This document shows, in pieces, positions 1-9,532 of a stretch of DNA of 64,000 nt. Within the stretch, counting starts at the first letter, position 1. Each line of letters begins with the position of its first letter. A program made the position numbers and the translations under genes. Origin of the DNA: a bacterium (GTDB lineage Bacteria; SZUA-182; DTGQ01). The notes beneath the pieces were generated by a model that saw nothing but the letters and a program-made list of their open reading frames with translations, was not told the origin of the DNA and did no database searches. The stretch lies in the NCBI GenBank assembly GCA_040752695.1, contig JBFMGO010000003.1, forward strand, positions 32,001-96,000, in the 5' to 3' direction.

Positions 1-580
1 CACGATCAATCCCACGGGGGGTTATCGCAAGCTTGTTCCACAAGTCACGGCGCTTTTGCGGAACACGATTGACGAACTGTAAACTCCCTTTCCGGGTACC
101 GAACTCATCCAGGATCGCCTCGGCTATCTGCCTGGCTATCTCTTCTTTACTCTTATCCTGTGCTTCAATGCCAAATTCCGCTGCCAGTGCCAGGAGCTTT
201 TTCTCATCCTTGACCCCATAGCCGGCAATTTTCCCCTGGCTGGCCAGATGGAGCACTTCGGTCACATCCCTGCCATGGTCTGAATGGGCTGCGGCTCCGG
301 ATGCTATCATCCGAAGCAGGTTGCGGGCTACAATGATATCCGCAGTAGCTCCGCAGACCCCTTTTTGGGGGCCGTTTTCCAGTGGGTCGATTCTGCACGG
401 ACCCATCAGACAATTGCGGCAGCAGACGCCTAATTCACCGAAGCCGCACTGGGTCTGCTGGGCTTCGTAGCGGTCCCAGGCCGTCTCTATTCCCTCTTGG
501 GCAGCCTTGCTCAGGAGGAGCTGCGAGGCAGGATCTGAGGACCGGTCGGCAATCGACTTTTTCTCAATCTCTTTTTGCAT
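1..580 (-). CDS. cooS: Anaerobic Ni-dependent carbon monoxide dehydrogenase catalytic subunit, N-terminal part (runs off the window edge)
   Basis: Not in the ORF track. Manual translation from ATG at 580 gives MQKEIEKKSIADRSSDPASQLLL...AWDRYEAQQTQCGFGELGVCCRNCLMGPCRIDP...GVCGATADIIVARNLLRMIASGAAAHSDHGRDV, which carries the D/B-cluster Cys pattern and AAHxxH of CooS. The frame is open to base 1. Confidence 0.95.
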   Translation of the reverse strand, partial: MQKEIEKKSIADRSSDPASQLLLSKAAQEGIETAWDRYEAQQTQCGFGELGVCCRNCLMGPCRIDPLENGPQKGVCGATADIIVARNLLRMIASGAAAHSDHGRDVTEVLHLASQGKIAGYGVKDEKKLLALAAEFGIEAQDKSKEEIARQIAEAILDEFGTRKGSLQFVNRVPQKRRDLWNKLAITPRGIDR

Positions 581-707
581 ACAGGCATCCCATAAGAGAT
601 GTTTTGGATCTTTGAGGTTACTATTGTCCATATTCAGCGGATCTCCTTTTTAGGCAATATACCCTTATGTCATACCATGTTACTATTCAAAACATGACCG
701 AGCCTGA

Positions 708-1277
708 TTACCTTTGTATATTCAGTGCCCTGGCCAGATCCTGGACGCTTTGCTTCCTATGTGCCTGCCTCCACCTTTCGGGGATAACCATAACCAGGGA
801 GCGGGTAGGACATGCCTGAATGCAGGCTGGCTGTTTGCCAATGATCAGACGGTCGATGCACAGATCACACTTATCCACCACCAGAGCATCAGGGGACACC
901 TTCTCTTTTATCTGACTGGAAGCCAGACGGTGAACCAGTTCAATTGCGCCGAAGGGACAGACCATCATGCAGGTTTTACACCCGATGCACATCGCCTTGT
1001 GCAACTCTATTCTCCCCTCTGCACTCTGGATGGCACCAAGGGGGCATACGCGGGCACAGGGCGCGTCTTCGCAATGCCGACACTGGACGGGCATGGTGAT
1101 CTCGTCAACAGAAACCAGATAGTTTCTGGCCATAAGAGGAATTTTCCGGACCACGGCGCTTTTCAGGTCAGTCTTTGCGCCTTCGGCAGCACAGGCCAAC
1201 TCGCAATTATGACAGTGCTGGCACTTTTGGGGATCAGCGAAAATAAAAGGATTGCCAAGGTATTTTTGCTCTCTCAT
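708..1277 (-). CDS. cooF: CO dehydrogenase iron-sulfur electron-transfer subunit (4x[4Fe-4S], DmsB/CooF type)
   Basis: Motifs CQHCHNCELAC, CRHCEDAPCARVCP, CIGCKTCMMVCP, KCDLC..PACIQACP; lies directly upstream of cooS. Confidence 0.88.
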   Translation of the reverse strand: MREQKYLGNPFIFADPQKCQHCHNCELACAAEGAKTDLKSAVVRKIPLMARNYLVSVDEITMPVQCRHCEDAPCARVCPLGAIQSAEGRIELHKAMCIGCKTCMMVCPFGAIELVHRLASSQIKEKVSPDALVVDKCDLCIDRLIIGKQPACIQACPTRSLVMVIPERWRQAHRKQSVQDLARALNIQR

Positions 1278-1506
1278 CGATTCACCCTCCTTGGGTAGTA
1301 ATTATTTCTCCTCGCTCCATTCTGCATTGACAGCAATTTCATCTCCTCGCTGCATGTATCATTTTAAGGAAAGCTTCGGTTCTTGCGCCTGACTATAGAA
1401 TTCTTGCGCCTGACTGCTCTTTCTCCTGACTATAGAGCCCTTTCGCCAGGCTGCCGCTCCAGGCCAAGGCAGGCTGCCGCTCCACATCAAGCCAGACCTT
1501 CGCAAG

Positions 1507-2589
1507 CTATCGTTCTAAGCAGGCGTAGCAAGGATCAATGCTGGCCACGATTAAAGGAACATCTTCAACGTAGGAATCGGTAAGTACGATTTTCAAGGCA
1601 TCCAGGTTACGGTCCGTAGGAGTCGTGATGTGAATTTGCTCCAGGTGAAGGTGATCCGAAAGAACGATCCGGTAAAAATTTTCTCCCCGTGGCGCTTCCA
1701 CGGATGCAGCGACAGAACCGGCAGGAAGGGGAAATGACGGGTCTATCGACACGGGGCTTTCCGGCAGGGAATGCAAAGAGGTGAGAAGCTGCCGGATCAT
1801 CCTGATGCTCTCGCCTATTTCAAGGACCCGGACCTCACATCTGGCCAGGACATCACCGGTATTCTTTACGGGTATCTGAAAATCCAGATGAGGATAAAAC
1901 GCATACCCGTCATTTTTCCGTATATCCTGGCTGATCCCGCTGGCTCTGGCCACAGGACCCGTAGCCAGGGTGCTTTGGGCATCCTGAGTCGAAAGAATGC
2001 CGATTCCTCTCAGGCGAGAATGGGTGATCAAGCACCGGTCCATTTCCTCACGCGACTGATCGACGGCATCCAGCCTTGACAGCAGGGTCTTTATAAGGTG
2101 CGAATCTTTCAGGTTGATTCTCACTCCTCCAACCTGATTGAAATCATAGTTGACCCGTTTTCCGGTCACCAGGTTCAGCATGGCGGCGGCATTTTCCCTG
2201 GCTTCGAAAAGCGATGACAGGCAAGAGGATAAATCCAGATGATCAGCTATAAATATCAAGGGGAAAAGATGTGATTGGATGCGCTCGATCTCGGCCACCA
2301 GGGTTCTGATGGAGGCAGCCCGTTGCGGAATGCTTATCCTGCCCAGTTTCTCCAGCGCCTGACAAAAACAGGTCGTATGGCTGGCAGTGCATATCCCGCA
2401 GATTCTCTGCAAGAGGACAAGATTTTGCCAAAGGTTCTGCTCCCCGGCCAGTTTCTCGATACCCCTGTGGGAATATCCCAAAGATACCTGAACGCGGCTG
2501 ACACGGCCGCTCTGAATCTCATATTCAATCTTGAGAGGGTTCCCCACTGCCGGGAGATAGATATTAAGGGGCAAGGATGATGCAGACAT
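1507..2589 (-). CDS. Group 4 [NiFe]-hydrogenase large subunit (EchE/CooH-like)
   Basis: GYSHRGIEK, L1 motif RICGIC, EAPRGE and C-terminal L2 motif DPCYACLER* with no cleavable extension. Confidence 0.88.
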   Translation of the reverse strand: MSASSLPLNIYLPAVGNPLKIEYEIQSGRVSRVQVSLGYSHRGIEKLAGEQNLWQNLVLLQRICGICTASHTTCFCQALEKLGRISIPQRAASIRTLVAEIERIQSHLFPLIFIADHLDLSSCLSSLFEARENAAAMLNLVTGKRVNYDFNQVGGVRINLKDSHLIKTLLSRLDAVDQSREEMDRCLITHSRLRGIGILSTQDAQSTLATGPVARASGISQDIRKNDGYAFYPHLDFQIPVKNTGDVLARCEVRVLEIGESIRMIRQLLTSLHSLPESPVSIDPSFPLPAGSVAASVEAPRGENFYRIVLSDHLHLEQIHITTPTDRNLDALKIVLTDSYVEDVPLIVASIDPCYACLER

Positions 2590-3705
2590 CTAAACCCCTC
2601 CTTTTTTTACTTGCCTTACCTGACCGTCGCGGACGCTGTGGAGGTAATGCATGGTTTCAGCCGATATCTTAAGATGCCGGGCAAAGGCAAACCGTCTGCA
2701 GGTCGGGCACATTTCAGTCCATGCTGCCCGGTCACTCTGACTGATGTGATCAGGGAGCGAGCCGTAAAGCTGTCTGACGAAAGCCTCAGGCATGGCAACC
2801 ATCCATTTCCGGCAGCCCAGACAGCGGATGAGGGGAAGCGATCCTCTGACCATAAACTCATCACGTTGCGACTGCACGAGAGGAGAACGAATACCAGGGA
2901 GGCGAATACAGCCTGTCGGACAAAGCTGCTCGCACAGGGAGCAAAACAGGCATGCCCCCTGATTGAACTCCATCAGGCAGGAGGGACCATGGGATAATCC
3001 TGCCGGAGCCTCAGACGCCACCGGAGCCTCAGACGCCGCTGAAGCATCAGACCCCGCCGGCATCTCAACACCTTTGTTTTTCCCTTTCCCGGAGCCGCTA
3101 TTTTCCTCCTCCGGCCCAATCAACCTGATAGCCTTACCGGGGCAGATCTTCTGGCACAGACCGCAGCCCAGACACAGTTCAGGGCGAAATTCCACTCTGG
3201 CGATGCTCTCTTCCGGCTTCGCGCCGCTGACCAGATACTGTATCCCCTGCCAGATATCTTCCGGGCCCGGCGGGCATCCAGCCACATAAAGATCAGGCGC
3301 ATACTCCTGGATCAGGCTCTGCCCAAAAGGATCGTAAGCAGGAAAGATGTGAGTACAGGGATTGTGCATGCTGGAATCGTGCATGCCGGAATTGTATTGA
3401 TACACTCCGCCGCTTATGGCGCAGGCACCAACTGCAAGCCGCCGCACGGCAGTGCCGAAACGGGGAAGAAATTCCTTCAGTATCCGGCCGGATTCCCGAT
3501 TCAAGGAGCCGAAAAGCAGAATAAGGTTGGCGGATTCAGGCTGACTGACAAATTCACATCTGAGTCCGTCGGATTGATTGGAATGCGTAAAAAGGGACAG
3601 GATTTCAAGTTCACAGCCGCCACAGCTTCCCGCATTGAAAACAAAGACAGAATACGGGCCCAAAGCCTTTGCATTGAACAGAGGCTCTTTCTCTTCAGTA
3701 TTCAT
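2590..3705 (-). CDS. Fusion of hydrogenase small subunit (EchC/CooL/NuoB-like) and 2x[4Fe-4S] ferredoxin (CooX/EchF-like) with extra C-terminal Cys pairs
   Basis: GSCGGCELE, GACAISGGVY and AGCPPGP, followed by CLGCGLCQKICP, CLFCSLCEQLCP and CLGC...CPTC; its stop abuts the large-subunit start. Confidence 0.85.
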   Translation of the reverse strand: MNTEEKEPLFNAKALGPYSVFVFNAGSCGGCELEILSLFTHSNQSDGLRCEFVSQPESANLILLFGSLNRESGRILKEFLPRFGTAVRRLAVGACAISGGVYQYNSGMHDSSMHNPCTHIFPAYDPFGQSLIQEYAPDLYVAGCPPGPEDIWQGIQYLVSGAKPEESIARVEFRPELCLGCGLCQKICPGKAIRLIGPEEENSGSGKGKNKGVEMPAGSDASAASEAPVASEAPAGLSHGPSCLMEFNQGACLFCSLCEQLCPTGCIRLPGIRSPLVQSQRDEFMVRGSLPLIRCLGCRKWMVAMPEAFVRQLYGSLPDHISQSDRAAWTEMCPTCRRFAFARHLKISAETMHYLHSVRDGQVRQVKKGGV

Positions 3706-4044
3706 TTAAAAGACCCTCGACGTTAGTGAGTATGGGTATTTGGATTATGCGGGTTGACTATTCTCTACCTGCGAGGAAAGAGACATCCCAGCTTGCAGAA
3801 ACTTAACTTTTCAGCAATATCTATTGAATATTTTTAGATAAAGATACCAGGAGGACCGGAGCTTGTCAAACTTATTTTGCACTTTATAATCCCATCTCCT
3901 TTCATTTAATCTCCCGATGCTCTCTTTGATGACACCCTACCCCCCCGGTTTCTTTTCCTGTTCTTTTTCCTCTTTCGGCTTTTCCTCGTTACTGTACTTG
4001 TGCATTTTTTAGCAAGTAACGGCCCGACAGAGTGGTCTATTTAT

Positions 4045-7000
4045 TCATTCATCCCTTGGGTCCTTAAGTCGCCCGAGGAAGAGAATGGCACCTGATTTGG
4101 TATCCCTGATAACGAATATGAAGGGCCGGCTGAGAGCGACCTCTTTGGGTTGTTCCGAGTGATTTTCAAAAAAGGTACCAGGGGAGTATGAAGGTGGAGA
4201 GTGAGTGATTAATATACTAATGACACCGGTTCCAAACTCCGGAATGGGGATCTCTTCTTTCCCCTCCAGAGTAACGGCTGTCGCTCCTGCGCATCTTACT
4301 CCGGCTTCCTTTACTGAAATATGTGCCATAAAGGTACTGCCGTTAAGGTAGAGATCATCGAGCTCATTGATAGCGGAAAAATCCGCCATGCCTTCTGCTC
4401 TTGCATCGTGTATGCCTAAAGAGGAAAGCAGGCTTTCAATGCCTTGACCGCAGGTGAAGGAAAAAAGCGGCAGATGTAATGCAATTCTCCGGTAATCAAG
4501 CTGGTCTATAATGCGGTTAATCTTTTCGGAGTTCAGGGAGGCTTCAAATTCCTGATAATGATTTGATTCAGGAATCAAAAGCAGCATTGCCAGGTTACTG
4601 TCTTTAAAGGCCAGTTCAATCGCCTGATACTGCTCATCCTCAGTAAAGGGAAAGGATGCTTCTTGCGTCATCATCGGTACGGTGATCATTGTATGAGAAT
4701 ATGAGTCAAGCTCGAAGGTGCCGTCGGAGGTTGCGTTCGGGTCAAAGGGTTGTGCCCATGTACCGGTTAAATCAGCAGCAGCGGCGCAGGCCCATCTGAC
4801 CCGGTCTGTAACGGGATTGACGTGCAGGCTGAAGAGCCCGCCGGTATGATCCATTATCCACTTTTCAATATTATCCGCTGAATCCATCATGGCGGACTTG
4901 AAGTCCAGGGACCGGATCGCCTGGCAGTAGTTTTCCGCCAGAAGATTATAAAAGTCAATATGCATGAAATATCCCGTCTGTCCCCAGGCGGCTGTTTCCG
5001 TTTGCAGCACAGATAATTCCCGGTTTTTAAGGTTAAGATCAAGGACATTGAAGACCGTGTGGAGATTCTCCGTTTGATCCTCAAAATGCAGGGCCACCTG
5101 AATCTGACGGGCGGTTTCGCCGGCTGCACCGGCACAGGTCATGGCCATTGCCCTTGAGAAGGTATAGGGGGAGAAGACAAGATTGCCTCTTCCACTCTCA
5201 AACTCCTTGTAAAACCTGAAGGCAAAGGTATTATTACTGGCCGTGAGAGCAGCCGTTTCATCCTTCCCCACATCGGGGAAAGTCCTGTCAGTGACCATAA
5301 AGGGATGTGAGGTTTTATCCTCATTGAGAAGTAGCCAGGTAGGAGAATGAATAAAGGTGAGTTCATAAAGACTGGTTAAAGAACCAGTTAAAGGGTCAAC
5401 AGCACCCAAAGCTATGGGTCCTGTATCGCGGCCGTATATTTCAAAAGCCGTGATTGAACAGCCGCCGGTATCCGTCCCTGCAGGCAGGGTAATTCCCAAT
5501 GCAGCATCATTTCCCTGAAAATCCAGTTCAGTAAATGGTGTACCCTCATCGAGATGCCAGACAATGACCGCCTTTTCATAATTCCCCTGAAGGACGTAAA
5601 CATTCTGGATATCGATCAAGAGCTTATTTCCGGTTTCCTCACGGTAGGCCGCGCCCCCGTTATTCACCCGATCATCCGAGCCCTGATCAATGATCATGCC
5701 GTCATAGAGCGTACCCAGGGTCCACCCTGAAGCAGGACAGGTGTGGGCGCTGTCTTTTGCCGGATACTCACCACTAACGTCATCAAAACCTGAAATATCA
5801 TCAAAACCTGAAACGTCATCAAAACCTGAAAAGGTAACTTCTTCTTCATTATGACACACGATCATACTCTCGGTATTCCAAAAGCCGGCTACAATAACCC
5901 CTGATACTTCACCGGACACACCAGGTACATCAGACAGACCAGGCACTGCTGCCTCTCCTGTAATAGCGCTCGTGTACGTGGTGCTTCCGCCATAAGTCCT
6001 CTGGAAGGTTTTCACTCCGTACTTCTCCGGGTCGGACGGAAAGTAATCTGGAAAGGAAATCAGTTCTGACTGATGTATCCAGGTAGAATAATGCAAAGGA
6101 TTATCCTCATCAGATCTCCCATCATGATCCGATTGCTCATTATGATCCGCTTGATCATCAAGGATCCACTTCCACTCAATGGTCAATCTGTTACGGTCAA
6201 TGAGATAAAAACCGGCCACATTATCGCCCGGATCTTCATTCCCCTGGTCTTCCCCTGACCCGAGCACTCCTTCACCACAGACCATTGTCAACCGGTGCGG
6301 CATCACATCTTTGTCAGTAGTATACCTGCCGGTGAGGTTAACGAGGGACCCCTCTTTTTCACTCCTGAAATGAAAAGCGCCAGCAGGCTCCAGGGTCAGG
6401 AAGGCTTTACTCACCTGGCGGGAATCTTCCAGAATCCCTACCCATGTCCCGGTTATGGCTGAATCAATGGACTCCTGAGCAATTTTATCGAGTGTTTTCC
6501 GTAAATGGTTTTGGGCACGGTCACGGGAAACAAGCGTAAGGTCGCTGATACTGCTAATGGTAGCCATGTGCCCTATCACATTTTCAAAAGTCTGCTCCAG
6601 AACATCGAATTGAAGAGGAATTCCACCGATGTCTGCTGCTCTTTCTTCCGGAATCTCGATTCCGTTATTCGGGTCAGCATCGGCGTCCAGGGTAAGAAGA
6701 AAACGGCAGATGTTGATTATTCCGGGGTGAGATACCGAGCCATTGGGAACTAAGTCTATGGGAGTAATAATGGGTTTTCCTGTGGCTTCACCGAAAATGA
6801 TCTTGCCGAGAGAAAACTTTACTGTCTTTCCTTCTTCGTATTGAAAGGTTCCGTTGCGATCGGTTATACCGGTATGATCTCCTGAAGAGTAGTGCAGTCC
6901 CAAGACAGCGCTATCTAAAAATCGCCCTTCCCGTACGACGGCAGGTTCCGATGCTCCCTTTCCCTCTGTTCCCTTTTCCTCACGGGAACAGGCCATAATA

Positions 7001-7083
7001 ATGGAAAGAAGGATAACGATGAGTACTATATATGCAAAAGTATATTTTTTCTTCATGTCCTGCAACACCTCAATGCTCCTCAT
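4045..7083 (-). CDS. Large multidomain lipoprotein with C-terminal serpin domain
   Basis: Hydrophobic signal ending IIMAC. C-terminal ~400 aa carry serpin motifs SNNTFAFRFY, NLVFSPY, GAAGETARQI, TVPMM, ADFSAI, EAGVRCAGAT and RPFIFVIRD..SGAILFLGRLKDP. Confidence 0.85.
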   Translation of the reverse strand: MRSIEVLQDMKKKYTFAYIVLIVILLSIIMACSREEKGTEGKGASEPAVVREGRFLDSAVLGLHYSSGDHTGITDRNGTFQYEEGKTVKFSLGKIIFGEATGKPIITPIDLVPNGSVSHPGIINICRFLLTLDADADPNNGIEIPEERAADIGGIPLQFDVLEQTFENVIGHMATISSISDLTLVSRDRAQNHLRKTLDKIAQESIDSAITGTWVGILEDSRQVSKAFLTLEPAGAFHFRSEKEGSLVNLTGRYTTDKDVMPHRLTMVCGEGVLGSGEDQGNEDPGDNVAGFYLIDRNRLTIEWKWILDDQADHNEQSDHDGRSDEDNPLHYSTWIHQSELISFPDYFPSDPEKYGVKTFQRTYGGSTTYTSAITGEAAVPGLSDVPGVSGEVSGVIVAGFWNTESMIVCHNEEEVTFSGFDDVSGFDDISGFDDVSGEYPAKDSAHTCPASGWTLGTLYDGMIIDQGSDDRVNNGGAAYREETGNKLLIDIQNVYVLQGNYEKAVIVWHLDEGTPFTELDFQGNDAALGITLPAGTDTGGCSITAFEIYGRDTGPIALGAVDPLTGSLTSLYELTFIHSPTWLLLNEDKTSHPFMVTDRTFPDVGKDETAALTASNNTFAFRFYKEFESGRGNLVFSPYTFSRAMAMTCAGAAGETARQIQVALHFEDQTENLHTVFNVLDLNLKNRELSVLQTETAAWGQTGYFMHIDFYNLLAENYCQAIRSLDFKSAMMDSADNIEKWIMDHTGGLFSLHVNPVTDRVRWACAAAADLTGTWAQPFDPNATSDGTFELDSYSHTMITVPMMTQEASFPFTEDEQYQAIELAFKDSNLAMLLLIPESNHYQEFEASLNSEKINRIIDQLDYRRIALHLPLFSFTCGQGIESLLSSLGIHDARAEGMADFSAINELDDLYLNGSTFMAHISVKEAGVRCAGATAVTLEGKEEIPIPEFGTGVISILITHSPPSYSPGTFFENHSEQPKEVALSRPFIFVIRDTKSGAILFLGRLKDPRDE

Positions 7084-7542
7084 TTGTTAAAGCATTCATG
7101 ATAAGGCAGAAATAGAAAAGGAAAACTCTTTGATTGATGGAATCATATAAGCCGCTTTCATGCATGTGAGATAACAGACTTTTTATCATTCCATCTTTAT
7201 TGAAAAATGCAAAATTATATTATTTATATTATATATGTTATAATATTATATCGTGTTAAGATGAATTTGGCAAATATTTTTTATGACATCACTGCCTGTA
7301 TCAGGCTATCGAACCAGATCCAGCGGTTGCTCTCTGATTGCCGAGGTATTCCCGAATCGAGGAAATGCTTAAATGGAGGCGCGGCGGATGAGGGCGCCGC
7401 GCCAGAGCGGCAAGGCCGAAGGCCGGGCTCATCGGGGGGGGAATCTCCTCTTTTCCCCTTGTTACAAAAGATGGGGATAAAAACCTGTGCCCCCCGCGAG
7501 TTCCCCTTCTCCCGGCCTTTGATACCGAAAAAGCACTGCTGT

Positions 7543-9153
7543 CTAAGGATTATATGCGTACGGCAAAGGGAAGAGACTTTGATCTAGAGAAAAAAGCGGT
7601 AAAGGAGGCCATAACGGGTTTTGATACCATTCAATCCATGAGAGCAGATGATCAGTTGCAATGGATGTATTACCAGTAATTGCGGCTGTAATTGCCTTAT
7701 TACCAGTAACTTCCACCAGGTCAGGACAGCGGTGGAACGTGCTGATGCCCGTATTATCGATGTCCTCCAGCTTGTAAGAGTAAACAAGCCCTGGCATGGC
7801 CGTGGTATCGGTAAAGACATACCCGGCAGGTATGGCTGGCCCACCTTTGGCTTCTATGATGCAGGCATTGATCCTGGTGTATGGGCCATTTACCGCTTGC
7901 GGTTCACTTTCCCCCTCGCTGCGCCAGAGGTTGAAGCCTGCGGTATCTATCTCACTCAAGGTGTGCCAGGTGATGGTAATGCAGTCACTTCCGAGACCTG
8001 CGTTGTCTTGGCAAAATACCCTGCTGCATCGAGAGCCTGAGCTCCTTTGAGAGGCCGCGCTGAATCGGTCTAATTCGATTAAGGTCGGCCCCTCCTTAAC
8101 GGTGAAAGCATTCGCGAGCTTTACGTACCCTCCGTCAGGGTTGGTCACATGCAGGTCATAGGTGCCGGGACGATAGCCAGCAGGGACTGTGGCCATAATG
8201 GTGCTCGAATCAATAAAGCTGATATCCTCAAGGGGCCTTAATAATTCCATCACCTGAAGGCCTGAATACCCGTCAGTCACATAGGCAAGGCCGCTGGAAA
8301 TGACTACTCTATAGGCCTCACCTGGAGTATCGCATGAGCCAATAACGTGAGGGGATGCAGGATCGCTGATATCTATCACCACAAGGCCTGAATCCCTACA
8401 AGCTACATAGGCATGATCGCCGGAAATTGCTATGCCATAGACAAAGCCTGGAGTATCGCATGAGCCAATGATGTGAGGAGATGCAGGATCGCTGATATCT
8501 ATCACTGCAAGGCCTGAATCCCCACAAGCTATAAAGGTAAGGTTGCTGGAAACAGCTACATTCAAAGCAGAGCCTGAAGTATCGCATGAGCCAATGAGGT
8601 GAGGAGATGCAGGATCGCTGATATCTATCACCACAAGGCCTGAATCTCCACAAGCCACATAGGCATGATCGCCGGAAATAGCTACGCCAAAGGCATCGCC
8701 TGGAATACTGCATGAACCAATGAGCTGAGGGGAAGCGGGACTGCTGATATCTATCACCCTGAGACCTGAAGGATAACTAACAGCCACACAGGCAATATTG
8801 CCAGAGATAGCTACGCCATATGCATCGCCTGAAGTACCGCATGAACCAATGAGCTGAGGGGAAGCGGGATTGCTGATATCTATCACCTTCAAGGTGTACT
8901 CAACAGTCACACAGGCATAGTTGCCGGAAATAGCCATGTTGAGGACATAGTTTTGAATATCGCATGAGCCAATAATACTGGAAGAAAGTGTCCGGTAGAG
9001 AGATTCTGGCAGTGATATGTTGTAGATGTAGTACATGAAACTGAAAACCGCTATAGAGTGAAAGGATGAGAGGTAAATACACCATCTTATGGTGTTTTTC
9101 TCAAGGAAGACATGACGAAATAAATACTTCAACGCCAGCTTTTTGAGCTGCAC
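7543..9153 (-). CDS. LVIVD-repeat surface protein with partial IPT/TIG-like domain and C-terminal Ig/FnIII-like domain; 5' end uncertain, possibly truncated
   Basis: Six ~42-aa repeats (IGSCDTPG.A..VAISGD.AYVA...SGL.VIDISDPASP), then ATVPAGYRPGTYDLHVTNPDG and ITWHTLSEIDTAGFNLWRS...YKLEDID. No clear signal peptide; the start overlaps the PIN gene. Confidence 0.75.
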   Translation of the reverse strand: MQLKKLALKYLFRHVFLEKNTIRWCIYLSSFHSIAVFSFMYYIYNISLPESLYRTLSSSIIGSCDIQNYVLNMAISGNYACVTVEYTLKVIDISNPASPQLIGSCGTSGDAYGVAISGNIACVAVSYPSGLRVIDISSPASPQLIGSCSIPGDAFGVAISGDHAYVACGDSGLVVIDISDPASPHLIGSCDTSGSALNVAVSSNLTFIACGDSGLAVIDISDPASPHIIGSCDTPGFVYGIAISGDHAYVACRDSGLVVIDISDPASPHVIGSCDTPGEAYRVVISSGLAYVTDGYSGLQVMELLRPLEDISFIDSSTIMATVPAGYRPGTYDLHVTNPDGGYVKLANAFTVKEGPTLIELDRFSAASQRSSGSRCSRVFCQDNAGLGSDCITITWHTLSEIDTAGFNLWRSEGESEPQAVNGPYTRINACIIEAKGGPAIPAGYVFTDTTAMPGLVYSYKLEDIDNTGISTFHRCPDLVEVTGNKAITAAITGNTSIATDHLLSWIEWYQNPLWPPLPLFSLDQSLFPLPYAYNP

Positions 9154-9532
9154 TCAAAAGCTGTCTGTTTAGGCTTATCAGTCTTGCTTCTTTTCTCATT
9201 GCAAGTTCTAAATAGGTTGTATCATAAGCGGTCAATTGGTAAGTAGATGCCAATTCGTAGATACGAGAAGAAAACTTGACTCCATGGGAATGATCGGTGT
9301 TCAGGTTAAACTGGCCAAACAACAGAATGATCTTGGGAATCTCCAGACGGTTTAACCGACCCTGCCTTTCGGCTACGAGCAGCACATTGGTCATCTCATG
9401 CCACCATAAGGCAGGAACCCAGAGCGAATAGTTCCCGGGGAGGCTCCCCAAAAATGACTTCACCTTCACAGAGGATTCATCAGGGAGGAATAAAGCAGAT
9501 GCGGCGTAACAGTCCATCACCCAGTCCATCAA
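9101..9532 (-). CDS. vapC: PIN-domain toxin (VapC family)
   Basis: WVMD.., VPALWWHEMTNVL, LTAYDTTYLELA; 4-nt overlap with the antitoxin gene. Confidence 0.85.
   Translation of the reverse strand: MMDWVMDCYAASALFLPDESSVKVKSFLGSLPGNYSLWVPALWWHEMTNVLLVAERQGRLNRLEIPKIILLFGQFNLNTDHSHGVKFSSRIYELASTYQLTAYDTTYLELAMRKEARLISLNRQLLSAAQKAGVEVFISSCLP

Noticed and set aside
581..707. CooA-binding site upstream of cooS
   Set aside because: Only a half-site (tgtca) is visible; there is no convincing TGTCA-N6-TGACA palindrome.
8270..8980. 126-nt repeats as a DGR template/variable pair or mobile repeat
   Set aside because: They are in-frame LVIVD protein repeats, and no reverse transcriptase is present.
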